Positions 36,163 to 45,847 of a stretch of 64,000 nucleotides of DNA are shown in pieces (position 1 is the stretch's first letter; the number at the start of each line of letters is the position of its first letter). Made by a program: the position numbers and the translations under genes. Under the pieces are notes generated by a model. The model made no database searches, had not been told where the DNA came from, and was given only the letters and a program-made list of their open reading frames with translations. Location: the NCBI GenBank assembly GCA_049521035.1, contig JBEKPF010000003.1, positions 16,751-80,750 on the forward strand, in the 5' to 3' direction. This stretch comes from Terracidiphilus sp. GTDB taxonomy: Bacteria; Acidobacteriota; Terriglobia; Terriglobales; Acidobacteriaceae.

Positions 36163-37992
36163 CTACTTTTGTCCCGGCGTCTCCGGCTTCTGTCCGGGTG
36201 CCTCAGGCGAAGTTTCCTTCATACGTCCAAGATCCACACCGAACTTCGGGTCTTCCCGCGTTCCCGATACGCGTATCGGAACCTCTGTCCCCGCGCCATC
36301 CTTCTTGAAGAACCGATCTGCAGGTTTTAGCAGGAATCCCTTCCATCCACCCACCAACTCTGACACAGTGGCCTGCAGTTTCGCAGTCCCGTCAAACGCC
36401 AGCGCGCCGCCTTCCACACCGTAGGTGCCCTTCATTTCGATCAGCGCGCCTGGCACTGTGTACTGCAAATTGGGCAGCGTAATCACTCCGCTTGCCATCT
36501 GAAAATTGCCCTTCATCGCGGAGCTGATATTGGCGTCGCTCGTCGCCGGATCGGTCCGCTTCACGTCCTGGGGGCGACCCTGCCCGCGCAGGCTCAGTTG
36601 TCTAATGTCCCCCTGAACCTTCTCGCTCGTAAACAACGCGTCATGCAGCTTGAATGCTCCATTCAATTTCAGACGCTCCACCACCTGCTCGGGGCCTGGC
36701 AAAATGCGCAGAGTAGTCTTCAAGAACACCGCGCCCGTCAGTATCGTTTTACCGTCGTGGCTCGCCAGTCGCAGAAAATCCTCGATCCGTCCACGATCCA
36801 CGTTCACTGCTAGATCTATGTCGTGCCCGCCATGAAACGGCGAATCTTTTTGGAGAACCGCGTCTCCGCCCGTAGACGCCTGAACCTGCAGGGAATCAGC
36901 GTTCTCATTCTTCAACCGCACGATCTGTCCACGCGCGGTAAAGTGCGACTCGCCCAGCGTTGCATCCACCGGATCGAGCCATGTGTCGCCGTCTGTTCCG
37001 TCCACCTTTGCATGAAACTTCGTATACAGCGGCATTGGATTCCCAAAATGCGTCAGCCTGAAGTCTGGCGTCTCCGTCTCCCCATCCACATTGATGTCCC
37101 GCAGCGTTCCCTCGTAATGTCCAGTCGAATTCAGGGTGCCCGCGATTCCTTTGAAGCCGCTCAGGTCCGCATCTACAAACTTGTAATTCCCATTCACCGA
37201 GCTAGCGCCAGGATCATCTGCCTGCCATGGCCCAAAAGTGCCCGTTGTGTATATCTCCCCGAGCGGTCGCGGGTTCGTCAATTCTGCTACGTACCCGATT
37301 GGACCGTCTGCGGTGACGCTGGTCAACGTAAGATGCGCGATCGCAAATCCTAGTGGCAGCTTGTTTGGCTTGTCGGTCTCCAGCATCAACTCAGAGTTTT
37401 CGCATTGCACGCGTTCAACCACCACATCTGAAAGAAGACCTGCATCCTGTCCTTTTTGCTTACCCGCGGACTCGCTGGCACCCGACCGCACTGGAGATGT
37501 CGCTGCCGTGGTACTCTCAGCACTCGTCGTTGGCTTATCGTGTCTTCTCGGCGGAATCGTCACTGTCAATCCTTCGATCTGCACCAGCGATATCCGGATC
37601 GGTTTGCCGGACTCGTACCGCAATGGCGCGTGGAAATGGAACTCCTTCACTCGAATCAACGGCAGCTCCGGCACCGCGCCCGCGTTCGCCACCGCGAGGC
37701 CCCCGTCTTTAGGTGATTGACTGGGCCACATTCGCAATCCACGTCCCTCTGCGAAGACACCCCATCGTCCATGCCGGCCGTTTCCAAATGAAATATGAAA
37801 GCTGTCCAGTTCCACCCGCGCGTCAAACCGCTCCTGCAGAGCGGCTACAATCCGCGCGCGCAAAAACGGCTCGGCCCGATGCAGCGCCACGGCTACCAGC
37901 GCAGCCAATACTGCGGTCACCGTCAGCAACCCACCCGCGACCCACATGAGCCACCTGTTTCTGCGCCAGAAACCTGCCTGCTGTTGCCCCAA
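36163..37992 (-). CDS. membrane-anchored large periplasmic protein, AsmA-like (tentative)
   Basis: An N-terminal TM (WLMWVAGGLLTVTAVLAALVAVAL) is followed by LRARIVAALQERFDARVELDSFHISF, a start typical of AsmA/DUF748-like proteins, then a long beta-rich body. The start is TTG 37992 or ATG 37947. Confidence 0.45.
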   Translation of the reverse strand: MGQQQAGFWRRNRWLMWVAGGLLTVTAVLAALVAVALHRAEPFLRARIVAALQERFDARVELDSFHISFGNGRHGRWGVFAEGRGLRMWPSQSPKDGGLAVANAGAVPELPLIRVKEFHFHAPLRYESGKPIRISLVQIEGLTVTIPPRRHDKPTTSAESTTAATSPVRSGASESAGKQKGQDAGLLSDVVVERVQCENSELMLETDKPNKLPLGFAIAHLTLTSVTADGPIGYVAELTNPRPLGEIYTTGTFGPWQADDPGASSVNGNYKFVDADLSGFKGIAGTLNSTGHYEGTLRDINVDGETETPDFRLTHFGNPMPLYTKFHAKVDGTDGDTWLDPVDATLGESHFTARGQIVRLKNENADSLQVQASTGGDAVLQKDSPFHGGHDIDLAVNVDRGRIEDFLRLASHDGKTILTGAVFLKTTLRILPGPEQVVERLKLNGAFKLHDALFTSEKVQGDIRQLSLRGQGRPQDVKRTDPATSDANISSAMKGNFQMASGVITLPNLQYTVPGALIEMKGTYGVEGGALAFDGTAKLQATVSELVGGWKGFLLKPADRFFKKDGAGTEVPIRVSGTREDPKFGVDLGRMKETSPEAPGQKPETPGQK

Positions 37993-38155
37993 ACCTGCCT
38001 CCTACGCGTTCTCATTCTTCCAGACCGAGTCCATCCCCGTGCAAAGCTCGACATGATGTTTGATGCACTTACTTCAAGCGCGATTGGGAGGAACTTGCTT
38101 CGCAACTCCTCCCATCCCGGATCCCTCACAGTTGAACCCTGTTTCTTAAAAGACG

Positions 38156-38968
38156 GTGAATGACGTAAACTTCTTGTCACCGATGCAAGCGCAAATCGAA
38201 AATCTCGTAAAGCTGCAGAGTATCGATCTCGAGCGCGCCAGTCTTACCTTAGCCTTGCGCGCCCTACCTGCCGAGACCAGCCAGGCCGAAGCCGCCCTCG
38301 CTGCCGCCGAACGCCAGTCCGCCGAGGTTTCCGCCGCTCTCACCCGTGAAGAGACCCTCCGCACCCGTCTTGATCGCGAGGTCGCCGCCCACCGTCAGAA
38401 AGCCACCCGTTTCCGCACCCAGCTCGATACGGTGAAGACCCCCGAGCAGGCCGACGCCATCGAGCACGAAATCACTTTTGAAACCTCTGAAGCCGATCGC
38501 CTCGAGAATGAGGAATTTGCGAGCCTGGAGCGCACTGAAGCCCAGGAGGCCGCGCTCGCCGCCGCCCGCGCCCAGGTTGAGTCACTCGCCTCTGCTTTGG
38601 AAAAGACCCGTGCCCGCGTTGCCCTTCGCCAGCAGGAGCATACTGCCGAGCTTGCCACTCTTAACGCCGAACGCGAATCTCTCCGCCCGCTCATCTTGCC
38701 CGAGCTGCTCGTCCGCTACGACCGCCTTTCGGGCTCGCGTGGCACAGGCATTGCTCGCGTCGACAACCAGCAGTGCACTGGTTGCCGCATGGGGATCCGC
38801 CCTCAGACATGGAACCAGCTCCGCGAAGGCGAGCTACTTCCCTGCGACAGTTGCGGCCGCCTGCTCTACTGGGACCCAGCCATGGCTCCTGCCCCCAAAG
38901 CCCCCCAACCCGAACCAGTCCCTGGCTCCGGTCGTGCCCTCCGCAAGTCGCACCCGGCCGGAGCATGA
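38156..38968 (+). CDS. coiled-coil zinc-ribbon protein (COG1579-like)
   Basis: About 190 aa of coiled coil ([10 protein letters not shown]...) is followed by C.GC.M.I.....QL.......C..CGR.L (C4 zinc ribbon). The start is GTG 38156 or ATG 38183. Confidence 0.7.
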   Translation: MNDVNFLSPMQAQIENLVKLQSIDLERASLTLALRALPAETSQAEAALAAAERQSAEVSAALTREETLRTRLDREVAAHRQKATRFRTQLDTVKTPEQADAIEHEITFETSEADRLENEEFASLERTEAQEAALAAARAQVESLASALEKTRARVALRQQEHTAELATLNAERESLRPLILPELLVRYDRLSGSRGTGIARVDNQQCTGCRMGIRPQTWNQLREGELLPCDSCGRLLYWDPAMAPAPKAPQPEPVPGSGRALRKSHPAGA

Positions 38969-39017
38969 CCGTCGCAGCCAGTACTGCTGACTTTTTTTCA
39001 CCTGTCTAATCAAGAGT

Positions 39018-40367
39018 TCATTTGGGATGCGTGGGCGCCCAGGTTTTGTAGTGGGCCAGCACGTCGACGCCTGCATTGTTGTACCATGCGTACCCGTTGC
39101 GGCGTTCGCGGCTCAGCTCGTTTACGTCGTCGTGAATGGTCTTGTCGCGATCACCGAAAATGGGCTTGTCCGTACCGATCTGGTAGTAGCGCGCCCAGAT
39201 CGGACCGCTCCCCGCAACTGCCACCAATTTCCGACCATCTGGACTGGCGCGGTCAGCCCTGAAGTCGCCGCTGCCGTAACGGTATCCGTAAATCGCAACT
39301 CTAGTCATCCAGTCCGCTGCCGCATGGACCGCAGCCACCTCCGCCGGAGTAGGGTTGTGTAATCCCATCAAGAACTCCGCTATGGAATAGCTCTCATCGC
39401 TGCTCAGCGCGGCCATTTCGTAGTTGCGCGCCGAAGTGGGTTCCAGCGTGAGAGCATCATACTGCTGCGCCCACACTGTCTTTGTCCCCTTCACCACAAT
39501 CTGCAATTTGAGCAGACACTCGATGCCGCGTTCCGACGCAGGACCTGCCAGCCGCTTGAGTTCCTGCGGCAGAAACGCGTAGTCTGGCGCGCTTTCTGAC
39601 ACATCATGCAATATCTCTACGGCATGCGTCATCGCGTCGTCATTGATGGTGATTGCGTCATGGTAGCCGCCTTCCAGCGGCCAGACCTGAGGCCAGCCGC
39701 CATTGGGATACTCCGAGTCCAGCAGATATTGCACGCCTCGTTCGACCGAGGCTCGAATCGGCGCAGCGTCCGCATCGCGATGCGCTGCCAACAATGCCGT
39801 GGTCACGCGCGCCAGAAAGCGAATCTGCATCCAGGTCGAATCGTTGTCGAGCGTCGCAATGTAGTGCCAGTTCTCATCCACAGGCCTGTCGAAGTCCGTT
39901 GGATCCGGAAACCGATTCATGTTGTCGGCGTCGTACAGGTCTCCAGGCGCGCGCGGGCTTGCGACCATGTCGATGTTCTTGCTCCAGCCGCCATCTGCTA
40001 TCTGGTAGGTGATGATGTTGTGTGCCACATGCAGCGCTTCGTCGCTGGTAAACCATTCGGCCGGATGATCAGCCCTGAGCGCAAACATGCCGCGGCCCAT
40101 TCCAGCATGCTTGGGATGGGTATTGCCCGCTGCCTGCTGCTCGTCCTTCAGCGCCTGTTTATCGGTCGCCTTCTGTCGATCCGAACGGTCCAGATAGGCC
40201 ATCCACTCTTTACGTTCCTTCTTCGGCAGCGTCGCGATCCGCTCGCGGGTGACTGGCTGGGCGATGATGTTTGTGCCAATCACATTGGCCCCTGATTTTG
40301 TGGGCAATCCCAAGGCCGCCATCGAAGCCAGGAGCATCGCAAAGACTGCAGAATTGAATGTGCGCAT
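39018..40367 (-). CDS. secreted pectate lyase, PelA/Pel-15E (PL10-like) family
   Basis: Signal peptide. NIITYQIADGGWSKNIDM and ATLDNDSTWMQIRFLARV resemble the PL10 (alpha/alpha)-barrel family as I remember it. Confidence 0.6.
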   Translation of the reverse strand: MRTFNSAVFAMLLASMAALGLPTKSGANVIGTNIIAQPVTRERIATLPKKERKEWMAYLDRSDRQKATDKQALKDEQQAAGNTHPKHAGMGRGMFALRADHPAEWFTSDEALHVAHNIITYQIADGGWSKNIDMVASPRAPGDLYDADNMNRFPDPTDFDRPVDENWHYIATLDNDSTWMQIRFLARVTTALLAAHRDADAAPIRASVERGVQYLLDSEYPNGGWPQVWPLEGGYHDAITINDDAMTHAVEILHDVSESAPDYAFLPQELKRLAGPASERGIECLLKLQIVVKGTKTVWAQQYDALTLEPTSARNYEMAALSSDESYSIAEFLMGLHNPTPAEVAAVHAAADWMTRVAIYGYRYGSGDFRADRASPDGRKLVAVAGSGPIWARYYQIGTDKPIFGDRDKTIHDDVNELSRERRNGYAWYNNAGVDVLAHYKTWAPTHPK

Positions 40368-40567
40368 TGCTTGATCTTCACGCGAGGCGACTATGGCTGT
40401 CAACCACTGGTCTGACCACCCAGACAAATCTCAAACGGCACCCTCTTCCATATTCTGGAGCTCTGCATACCACCCTGTTACTCTCTCTTTTATGAGCCCC
40501 ACCGATTGCCGGACCCTGGTTACCCGAACCAACCACTGAGAGTTTGGAGCTCTTTCAGGAGTAAACT

Positions 40568-41104
40568 GTGCAGCGCATTTGCGTAGACATGGATGAGGTC
40601 ATGGCCGATACACTCGCCGAGCACCTGCGTCGCTACAACCAGGCCTTTGATGAGGAAGTCACTCCTGAAGACCTCGTCGGCAAAGGACTCTGGGAAATCA
40701 CACCTCTCGACCGCCAACAGCAGCTCCGCGCTTTCCTTGACGCCGAGGACTTCTTTGAAGACCTCGCTCTCATGCCCAAAGCGCAGCAGGTCCTCAAAGA
40801 GCTTTCCACGCGTTTTGAGATCTTTATCGCCACCCAGGCCATGGCCGTCCCCAACTCACTCGGCCCCAAGTATCGCTGGCTCCAACGCCACTTTCCCTTC
40901 ATTCCGCCCACGCATTATGTCTTCTGCGGTGATAAGTCCATCCTTCGCGCCGAATACCTCATCGACGACCTTCCCCGCAACTTACTCCGCTTTGAAGGTC
41001 AGGGTATTCTCTACACCGCTCCGCATAACATCACGGCTACCGGTTTCGTTCGCGTCGATTGCTGGCTTCAGGTTGCGGATTATTTCGCCGCCATCGCCGG
41101 CTAG
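40568..41104 (+). CDS. 5'(3')-deoxyribonucleotidase, NT5C-type HAD phosphatase
   Basis: GTG start. HAD motif I is ICVDMDEVMAD (DxDxV). The protein is about 180 aa, with FIATQA...P.YRWL..HFPFIP and a downstream GDK... segment. Confidence 0.65.
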   Translation: MQRICVDMDEVMADTLAEHLRRYNQAFDEEVTPEDLVGKGLWEITPLDRQQQLRAFLDAEDFFEDLALMPKAQQVLKELSTRFEIFIATQAMAVPNSLGPKYRWLQRHFPFIPPTHYVFCGDKSILRAEYLIDDLPRNLLRFEGQGILYTAPHNITATGFVRVDCWLQVADYFAAIAG

Positions 41105-41247
41105 CAGTTTGCATCATAGGTATTAGAGTCCGGCGCTATGAGCGCGCGCTGATTTCCCGGCGCGGCACGAATCCTCCAAACCGCTGAGATTTAGAGAGCA
41201 GAATTGGACAATGGGTCATCGCAGGCATTAGATACCATCAACAAACC

Positions 41248-42690
41248 ATGAGATCGATGCAAACTCGAGCAGTCGTCCTTCTAATTCTCTTGTTGCCGTT
41301 CTGCTGTCAAAGACGCGCCGCGGCCTATTCGTTGTTGACTCACGAAATGCTCATCGACCTCACATGGCAGGACTCCATCGTTCCCTTGCTGCTCAGCCGC
41401 TATCCCACCCTCACGCCCGCCGAGCTCGAACATGCGCGCGCCTATGCATACGGCGGCTGCGTCATTCAAGATATCGGCTACTATCCCTTTGGTGACACAT
41501 CCTTTTCCAACCTCACCCACTATGTCCGCTCCGGTGACTTCGTCGTCAATCTCTTTCGCAATGCAGGAAATGCCGATGAGCTTGCCTTTGCCGTTGGCGC
41601 GCTTTCCCACTACATCGGCGACTCCATCGGCCATTCTGAAGCTACCAACCTCGCCGTCCCCATTGAATTTGAAAAGCTCGGCAAGAAATATGGCAAGGTA
41701 GTCACCTATGCCGAGGGCAGGCACCAACATGTCCAAACCGAATTTGCCTTCGACATTGACCAGATCGCGCATCATCGCACCGCACCGTTACGCTACGTGC
41801 GTCATGTCGGACTTGAGCTGCCTCAGAAGCAGCTCGCCCTGGCCTACTACCAGACCTACGGATTGACTGAAGACTTCTCCGGCACGCGCGGCCGTCGCTT
41901 CAACCTGCGGGCCTATCGCTTCGCAGTACACGTGTTCATTCCGCGCATTGCATATGCGCTCACCATCCAACGTCGTCATCACGAGCCCCCGGAGCCGGAT
42001 ACGCGGGAGTTCGCGGAGATCGAGAAAGAAGTGGCCGCGGTGTCAACGCTCAATCAGTGGGATTCATATCGCCGCAAAGCGGGAATCATTACCTATACAC
42101 TCGCCGGCCTGTTCTATATCCTGCCCAAATTTGGCCCGCTCTCCATGCTTGCCGTAAAGGGACCCACCACGGACACTGAAGCCGACTACGTGCACAGCCT
42201 GTCGCAATCTCTTGCGGAACTTCGTTACAGCCTCGCGCGCTTCACGCCGCCCATCGCAACTCGCTCCACCGCAGCGAGCGCGGCTGAGGCCGATACGCAT
42301 TCCTTGCCTCCGCCTTCGGGCGCGCTCCCTGCGGATCCCGCGGGCAGTCAAACCGTGCCACGTCACTCGCGAGATCCGCGCCATCCCTTACCGAATCGCG
42401 ATCTCGATACCGGGCACGTGGTTCAGCCCGGCGGCTATTCGCTTACTGATTCCACCTACGCAGATCTCCTTCATCGCCTGACGCGCGTGCCCACTCAGCC
42501 CATCCCGCCGGGCATCAAACAAGATGTCCAAACCTTTTACGCCAATCCAGACTCACCCATTTCGACAAAGAAGAACCCCACGCAATGGGCACAGGTGCAG
42601 GCCGACCTGGTAACTTTCGCCGCGATGCCGACAAGCACCGAGCCCCAACCGTATCCCACTTACGGCGATGATGCCGACAGCGCCCAGTAA
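41248..42690 (+). CDS. secreted zinc-dependent phospholipase-C-like protein with Pro-rich C-terminal tail
   Basis: The signal peptide ends ...RRAAAYS. The mature start LLTHEMLIDLTW and HYIGDSIGH (His-rich metal sites) follow. The last ~170 aa are low complexity. Confidence 0.5.
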   Translation: MRSMQTRAVVLLILLLPFCCQRRAAAYSLLTHEMLIDLTWQDSIVPLLLSRYPTLTPAELEHARAYAYGGCVIQDIGYYPFGDTSFSNLTHYVRSGDFVVNLFRNAGNADELAFAVGALSHYIGDSIGHSEATNLAVPIEFEKLGKKYGKVVTYAEGRHQHVQTEFAFDIDQIAHHRTAPLRYVRHVGLELPQKQLALAYYQTYGLTEDFSGTRGRRFNLRAYRFAVHVFIPRIAYALTIQRRHHEPPEPDTREFAEIEKEVAAVSTLNQWDSYRRKAGIITYTLAGLFYILPKFGPLSMLAVKGPTTDTEADYVHSLSQSLAELRYSLARFTPPIATRSTAASAAEADTHSLPPPSGALPADPAGSQTVPRHSRDPRHPLPNRDLDTGHVVQPGGYSLTDSTYADLLHRLTRVPTQPIPPGIKQDVQTFYANPDSPISTKKNPTQWAQVQADLVTFAAMPTSTEPQPYPTYGDDADSAQ

Positions 42691-42732
42691 CGGAACATCT
42701 AATCCCGTCCCGTTAGTCCCATGAAAATGAAA

Positions 42733-42773
42733 GCCCCATCCTTTCCGCAGTTTCATCGCAGAAAGGATGGGGC
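42733..42773 (-). terminator. rho-independent terminator for lipoprotein gene (hairpin between convergent genes)
   Basis: GCCCCATCCTTTC and GAAAGGATGGGGC form a perfect 13-bp stem with a 15-nt loop. On the minus strand it is followed by TTTCATTTTCAT. Confidence 0.65.
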
Positions 42774-42799
42774 CACAAGACCTTCATCGGTTAGCGTTA

Positions 42800-43117
42800 T
42801 CAATATCCTGGCGGCGGTGGCGCGCCATGGTGCAGGAAGGCCTCATACCCGGCTCTAAATCCGTGGCGATATTCCTCGATCAGCGGCGGTGGCACCGGGG
42901 GATTCCGGAACCGTGGATGCTTTTCCACGCCCGGTGGCTTTCCCTCGGCGACGTCCCGTCGTGCAGCTTCGAACCCTGTGTTAAATCCCTGCCGTCCCGC
43001 GTCGCTTAGTTCTAGCGGTGGGGGTGGTGGAGCATAAACAACCACCGGTTGCGGATGAGAGCACCCGGCCAGAGAGATGGGCAGCAACAAAGCAGCAAGT
43101 GCAAGCCATTTCTTCAT
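42800..43117 (-). CDS. small lipoprotein (105 aa), Pro-rich
   Basis: MKKWLALAALLLPISLAGCS has a lipobox (LAGC). GAGGAA lies 5 nt upstream. Confidence 0.7.
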   Translation of the reverse strand: MKKWLALAALLLPISLAGCSHPQPVVVYAPPPPPLELSDAGRQGFNTGFEAARRDVAEGKPPGVEKHPRFRNPPVPPPLIEEYRHGFRAGYEAFLHHGAPPPPGY

Positions 43118-43360
43118 ATCGTTCCTCGCTTGTCGATTTGCGGCGTCCCGCCTGAACTTCCGGGCCGGCGCTTTCTCATTCAAACCCCAGGTCGCAAAAA
43201 GTGTTGCAATCTCATGTCAATTAACCTTCTGCACTGGTCGCGAAGTTCGATCCGCGGCTTCGGGAACAATCGAGTGTGCACGGGTGTCTAACTGAATAGG
43301 GCGCCATCAACTGCTCTAATCTTCGGCTCGCCGCATCCCCGCTGAGGTCGCTCACAAGTC

Positions 43361-44260
43361 ATGCGCAAGTATCAACGCCGAAGATCGGTTCCGTTGTGCC
43401 GAGCCGCCATGGTCTCGCTCCCCATACTCTTCGGTCTTGTGCCTGCTTCGCGCGGCCAAGTCCCATCTCAGCCTCAGGCAGTCCCTGCCAGTCTGCCGGC
43501 CTTTGAAGTGGCGACAATAAAGCCAAACAACGATTCGAAGACCGGCCTTCGCATCACGCTGAACCCCGCTAACTTCGCGACCACACATTCGTCGGTCATG
43601 GACCTGATCAGATTCGCATATCACTTCAAGTCCGACGATCAGATTGTAGGTGCACCCAGCTGGGTCGGAACAGAGTTCTACGACGTTCAGGCGAAGGTGT
43701 CCGACTCCGAGGTAGAAGCCTTCAAGAACCTGCCTCTCGACCAGAGGTTCGAGCAGCGGCGCATGATGGTACAAGCGCTGCTGGCCGACCGATTCCGAAT
43801 GAAGGCGAGCATGGAGAATCGCGAGCGCCCGGTCTATGCGCTTGTGGTTGCAAAGGGTGGCTCAAAGCTGAAGGAGGTCGAGGTCTCTCCATTTCCCCCG
43901 CCTGGAACGCCCGCTCCACCGGGAGCCCATCTTCCGCAACTCCGTCCGACTGGACACGACCAGTTCACGGCGAGTGCCTGGCCAATGAATATGATGGCCG
44001 ACTGGCTTTCTTACTTCTCTGAGCTTGGCAACCGCATCGTCGTCGACGATACCGGCCTCAAGGGGCACTATGACTGGGTGCTCAATGGAGTTTCTCAGCA
44101 GCCGCAGCAACCTCAAGGTGCCGACGGAGCGATGCCCGACGAAACACCAACCTCGATTTTCTCCGCACTTCAAGAGCAGCTTGGATTGAAATTGGAACCG
44201 CGAAGGGCCCCAGTCGAAGTGCTTGTCATAGACCATGTTGAGCGTCCTTCCCCAAACTAG
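43361..44260 (+). CDS. TIGR03435-like (acidobacterial uncharacterized periplasmic domain) protein, paralogue 1
   Basis: N-terminal signal or anchor, the entry motif PAFEVATIKPN, a central LLADRFRMK...ERPVYALVVAKGGSKLK block, and the C-terminal tail FSALQEQLGLKLEPRRAPVEVLVIDHVERPSPN-stop. Confidence 0.75.
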   Translation: MRKYQRRRSVPLCRAAMVSLPILFGLVPASRGQVPSQPQAVPASLPAFEVATIKPNNDSKTGLRITLNPANFATTHSSVMDLIRFAYHFKSDDQIVGAPSWVGTEFYDVQAKVSDSEVEAFKNLPLDQRFEQRRMMVQALLADRFRMKASMENRERPVYALVVAKGGSKLKEVEVSPFPPPGTPAPPGAHLPQLRPTGHDQFTASAWPMNMMADWLSYFSELGNRIVVDDTGLKGHYDWVLNGVSQQPQQPQGADGAMPDETPTSIFSALQEQLGLKLEPRRAPVEVLVIDHVERPSPN

Positions 44261-44311
44261 CTTCAACGCAGACAGAAAACGTACCACCCGTCACAAAAAC
44301 ACGGAACTGGC

Positions 44312-44336
44312 GAACTCAAAGACCCGTAATATCGTC
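44312..44336 (+). promoter_or_regulatory. ECF-sigma-type promoter-like motif (GAAC-N17-CGTC)
   Basis: GAAC at 44312-44315 and CGTC at 44333-44336, separated by 17 nt, about 85 nt upstream of the ATG at 44421. This is a motif match only; no ECF sigma gene is in the window. Confidence 0.25.
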
Positions 44337-44420
44337 TGTATCGGTATATCCCCAACAGGGAACAGAGCTGGTTCACCTCTCTCGAGTTCCGAACTCCCAA
44401 CGGAGAAAAGGATTATCCGC

Positions 44421-45662
44421 ATGATGCCTGAATCCCTCGCGCCCACATTGAGATGCAGCAGGAAGCCGCTGCTCAAGCTCGCCGCCGTCCTCGCCATAGC
44501 TGCGCCAGTCGTCTTCGGCCTGATGCCAGCCGATCAGCTCTGCGCGCAGGCCCCGGCGCCAACTGCCGGCCCGAATCCCGCGCCAGGTTCAGCGCAGGAC
44601 CTGACAGGCACCTGGCAAGGCACACTCCACGCGGGCCAGGATCTGCGCCTTGTGCTCAAGGTTACGAAGGCTGATGGCGGTGCTTACGCGGCGACCGCCT
44701 ACAGCATCGACCAGGGGGGCCAACCCATTCCAGTAGCCAAGATCACCCTGGACGGTGGCACGGTAAAGATGGCTGTGACGGCAATCGGCGGTACTTACGA
44801 GGGCAAGATGAGCGCCGACGGAAAGTCGATCGTCGGCAATTGGAGCCAGGGACCCAATCCACTGGCTCTTACCTACACGCGCGCCACTCCCGAAACCGAG
44901 TGGGCCATTCCGAAGCCTCCGCCACCCCTCCCGCCGATGGCCGCCGACGCGGACCCTAGCTTTGAGGTTGCCACCATCAAACCAAGCAAGCCGGATGATC
45001 AGCGCAAAGCATTCGTTGTTCGGGGAAATGAATTCCATATCATCAATCAGCCCCTTACGCAGATCATCTCGTTCGCTTACAGCGTGCAGGCCAAGCAGGT
45101 GATCGGACTTCCCGATTGGGGAGATTCCGACAAATTCGACATCGACGGCAAACCCGACGGCGAAGGCGCCCCTAACGGAAAGCAGTGGAAGATCATGATC
45201 CAGAAGCTGCTGGCCGATCGCTTCAAACTTACGTTTCACAAGGATAAGAAGGAGCTTTCTGTCTACGTGCTGAGCGTCTCCAAGACCGGAGCGAAAATGA
45301 CCAAGAACGACAGCGCGCCGAACGGCCTTCCCGCCCTTTTCTTCCAGGGGTTGGGCAAACTCAATGTACGCAACGCGCTGATGACGGACTTCGCCGGACT
45401 CATGCAGAGCGCCGTACTTGACCGTCCGGTGCTGGACGAGACCGCACTCACCGGCAGATTCGACTTCTCTCTCAACTGGACCCCCGATGACTCGCAGTTC
45501 GCCGGCATGGGCGCCAGGGTTCCACCACCCACAGATAGCGCTGATGCGCCACCCAATCTCTACACCGCCATCCAGGAGCAGATAGGTCTCAAGCTGGAGG
45601 CCACCAAGGCCCCTGCCGACGTGATGGTCATCGATCACGTGGAGAAACCTTCGGCCAACTAA
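44421..45662 (+). CDS. TIGR03435-like protein, paralogue 2, with extra N-terminal beta-rich domain
   Basis: GGAGAAAAGG lies upstream of ATGATG. After the signal or anchor there is an additional ~95-aa module (DLTGTWQGTL...GNWSQGPNPLALTYTR). Then come PSFEVATIKPS, LLADRFKLTFH and YTAIQEQIGLKLEATKAPADVMVIDHVEKPSAN-stop. Confidence 0.75.
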   Translation: MMPESLAPTLRCSRKPLLKLAAVLAIAAPVVFGLMPADQLCAQAPAPTAGPNPAPGSAQDLTGTWQGTLHAGQDLRLVLKVTKADGGAYAATAYSIDQGGQPIPVAKITLDGGTVKMAVTAIGGTYEGKMSADGKSIVGNWSQGPNPLALTYTRATPETEWAIPKPPPPLPPMAADADPSFEVATIKPSKPDDQRKAFVVRGNEFHIINQPLTQIISFAYSVQAKQVIGLPDWGDSDKFDIDGKPDGEGAPNGKQWKIMIQKLLADRFKLTFHKDKKELSVYVLSVSKTGAKMTKNDSAPNGLPALFFQGLGKLNVRNALMTDFAGLMQSAVLDRPVLDETALTGRFDFSLNWTPDDSQFAGMGARVPPPTDSADAPPNLYTAIQEQIGLKLEATKAPADVMVIDHVEKPSAN

Positions 45663-45847
45663 GCCTCTGATTCAGGCACTGCATCGGGTGTGCCTGGTCC
45701 TGATTTTGTGACCGGGGACGGCAAGCACAGTGAGCGGAAACGAAATGAGCACCGTCAAATAGGCGAACCCAGCGCGGAATCAGGAAGTGTGCGTTGTTTT
45801 GACTCTCCGGAGTCCCCGGCTCCCAACTCCATCAAGGACCGTGTAGG

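Noticed and set aside
38969-39017. A CAGTACTG palindrome followed by T7 between convergent genes, considered as a terminator.
   Set aside because: Only a 4-bp stem can form around a usable loop. The T-run alone is not enough to annotate it.
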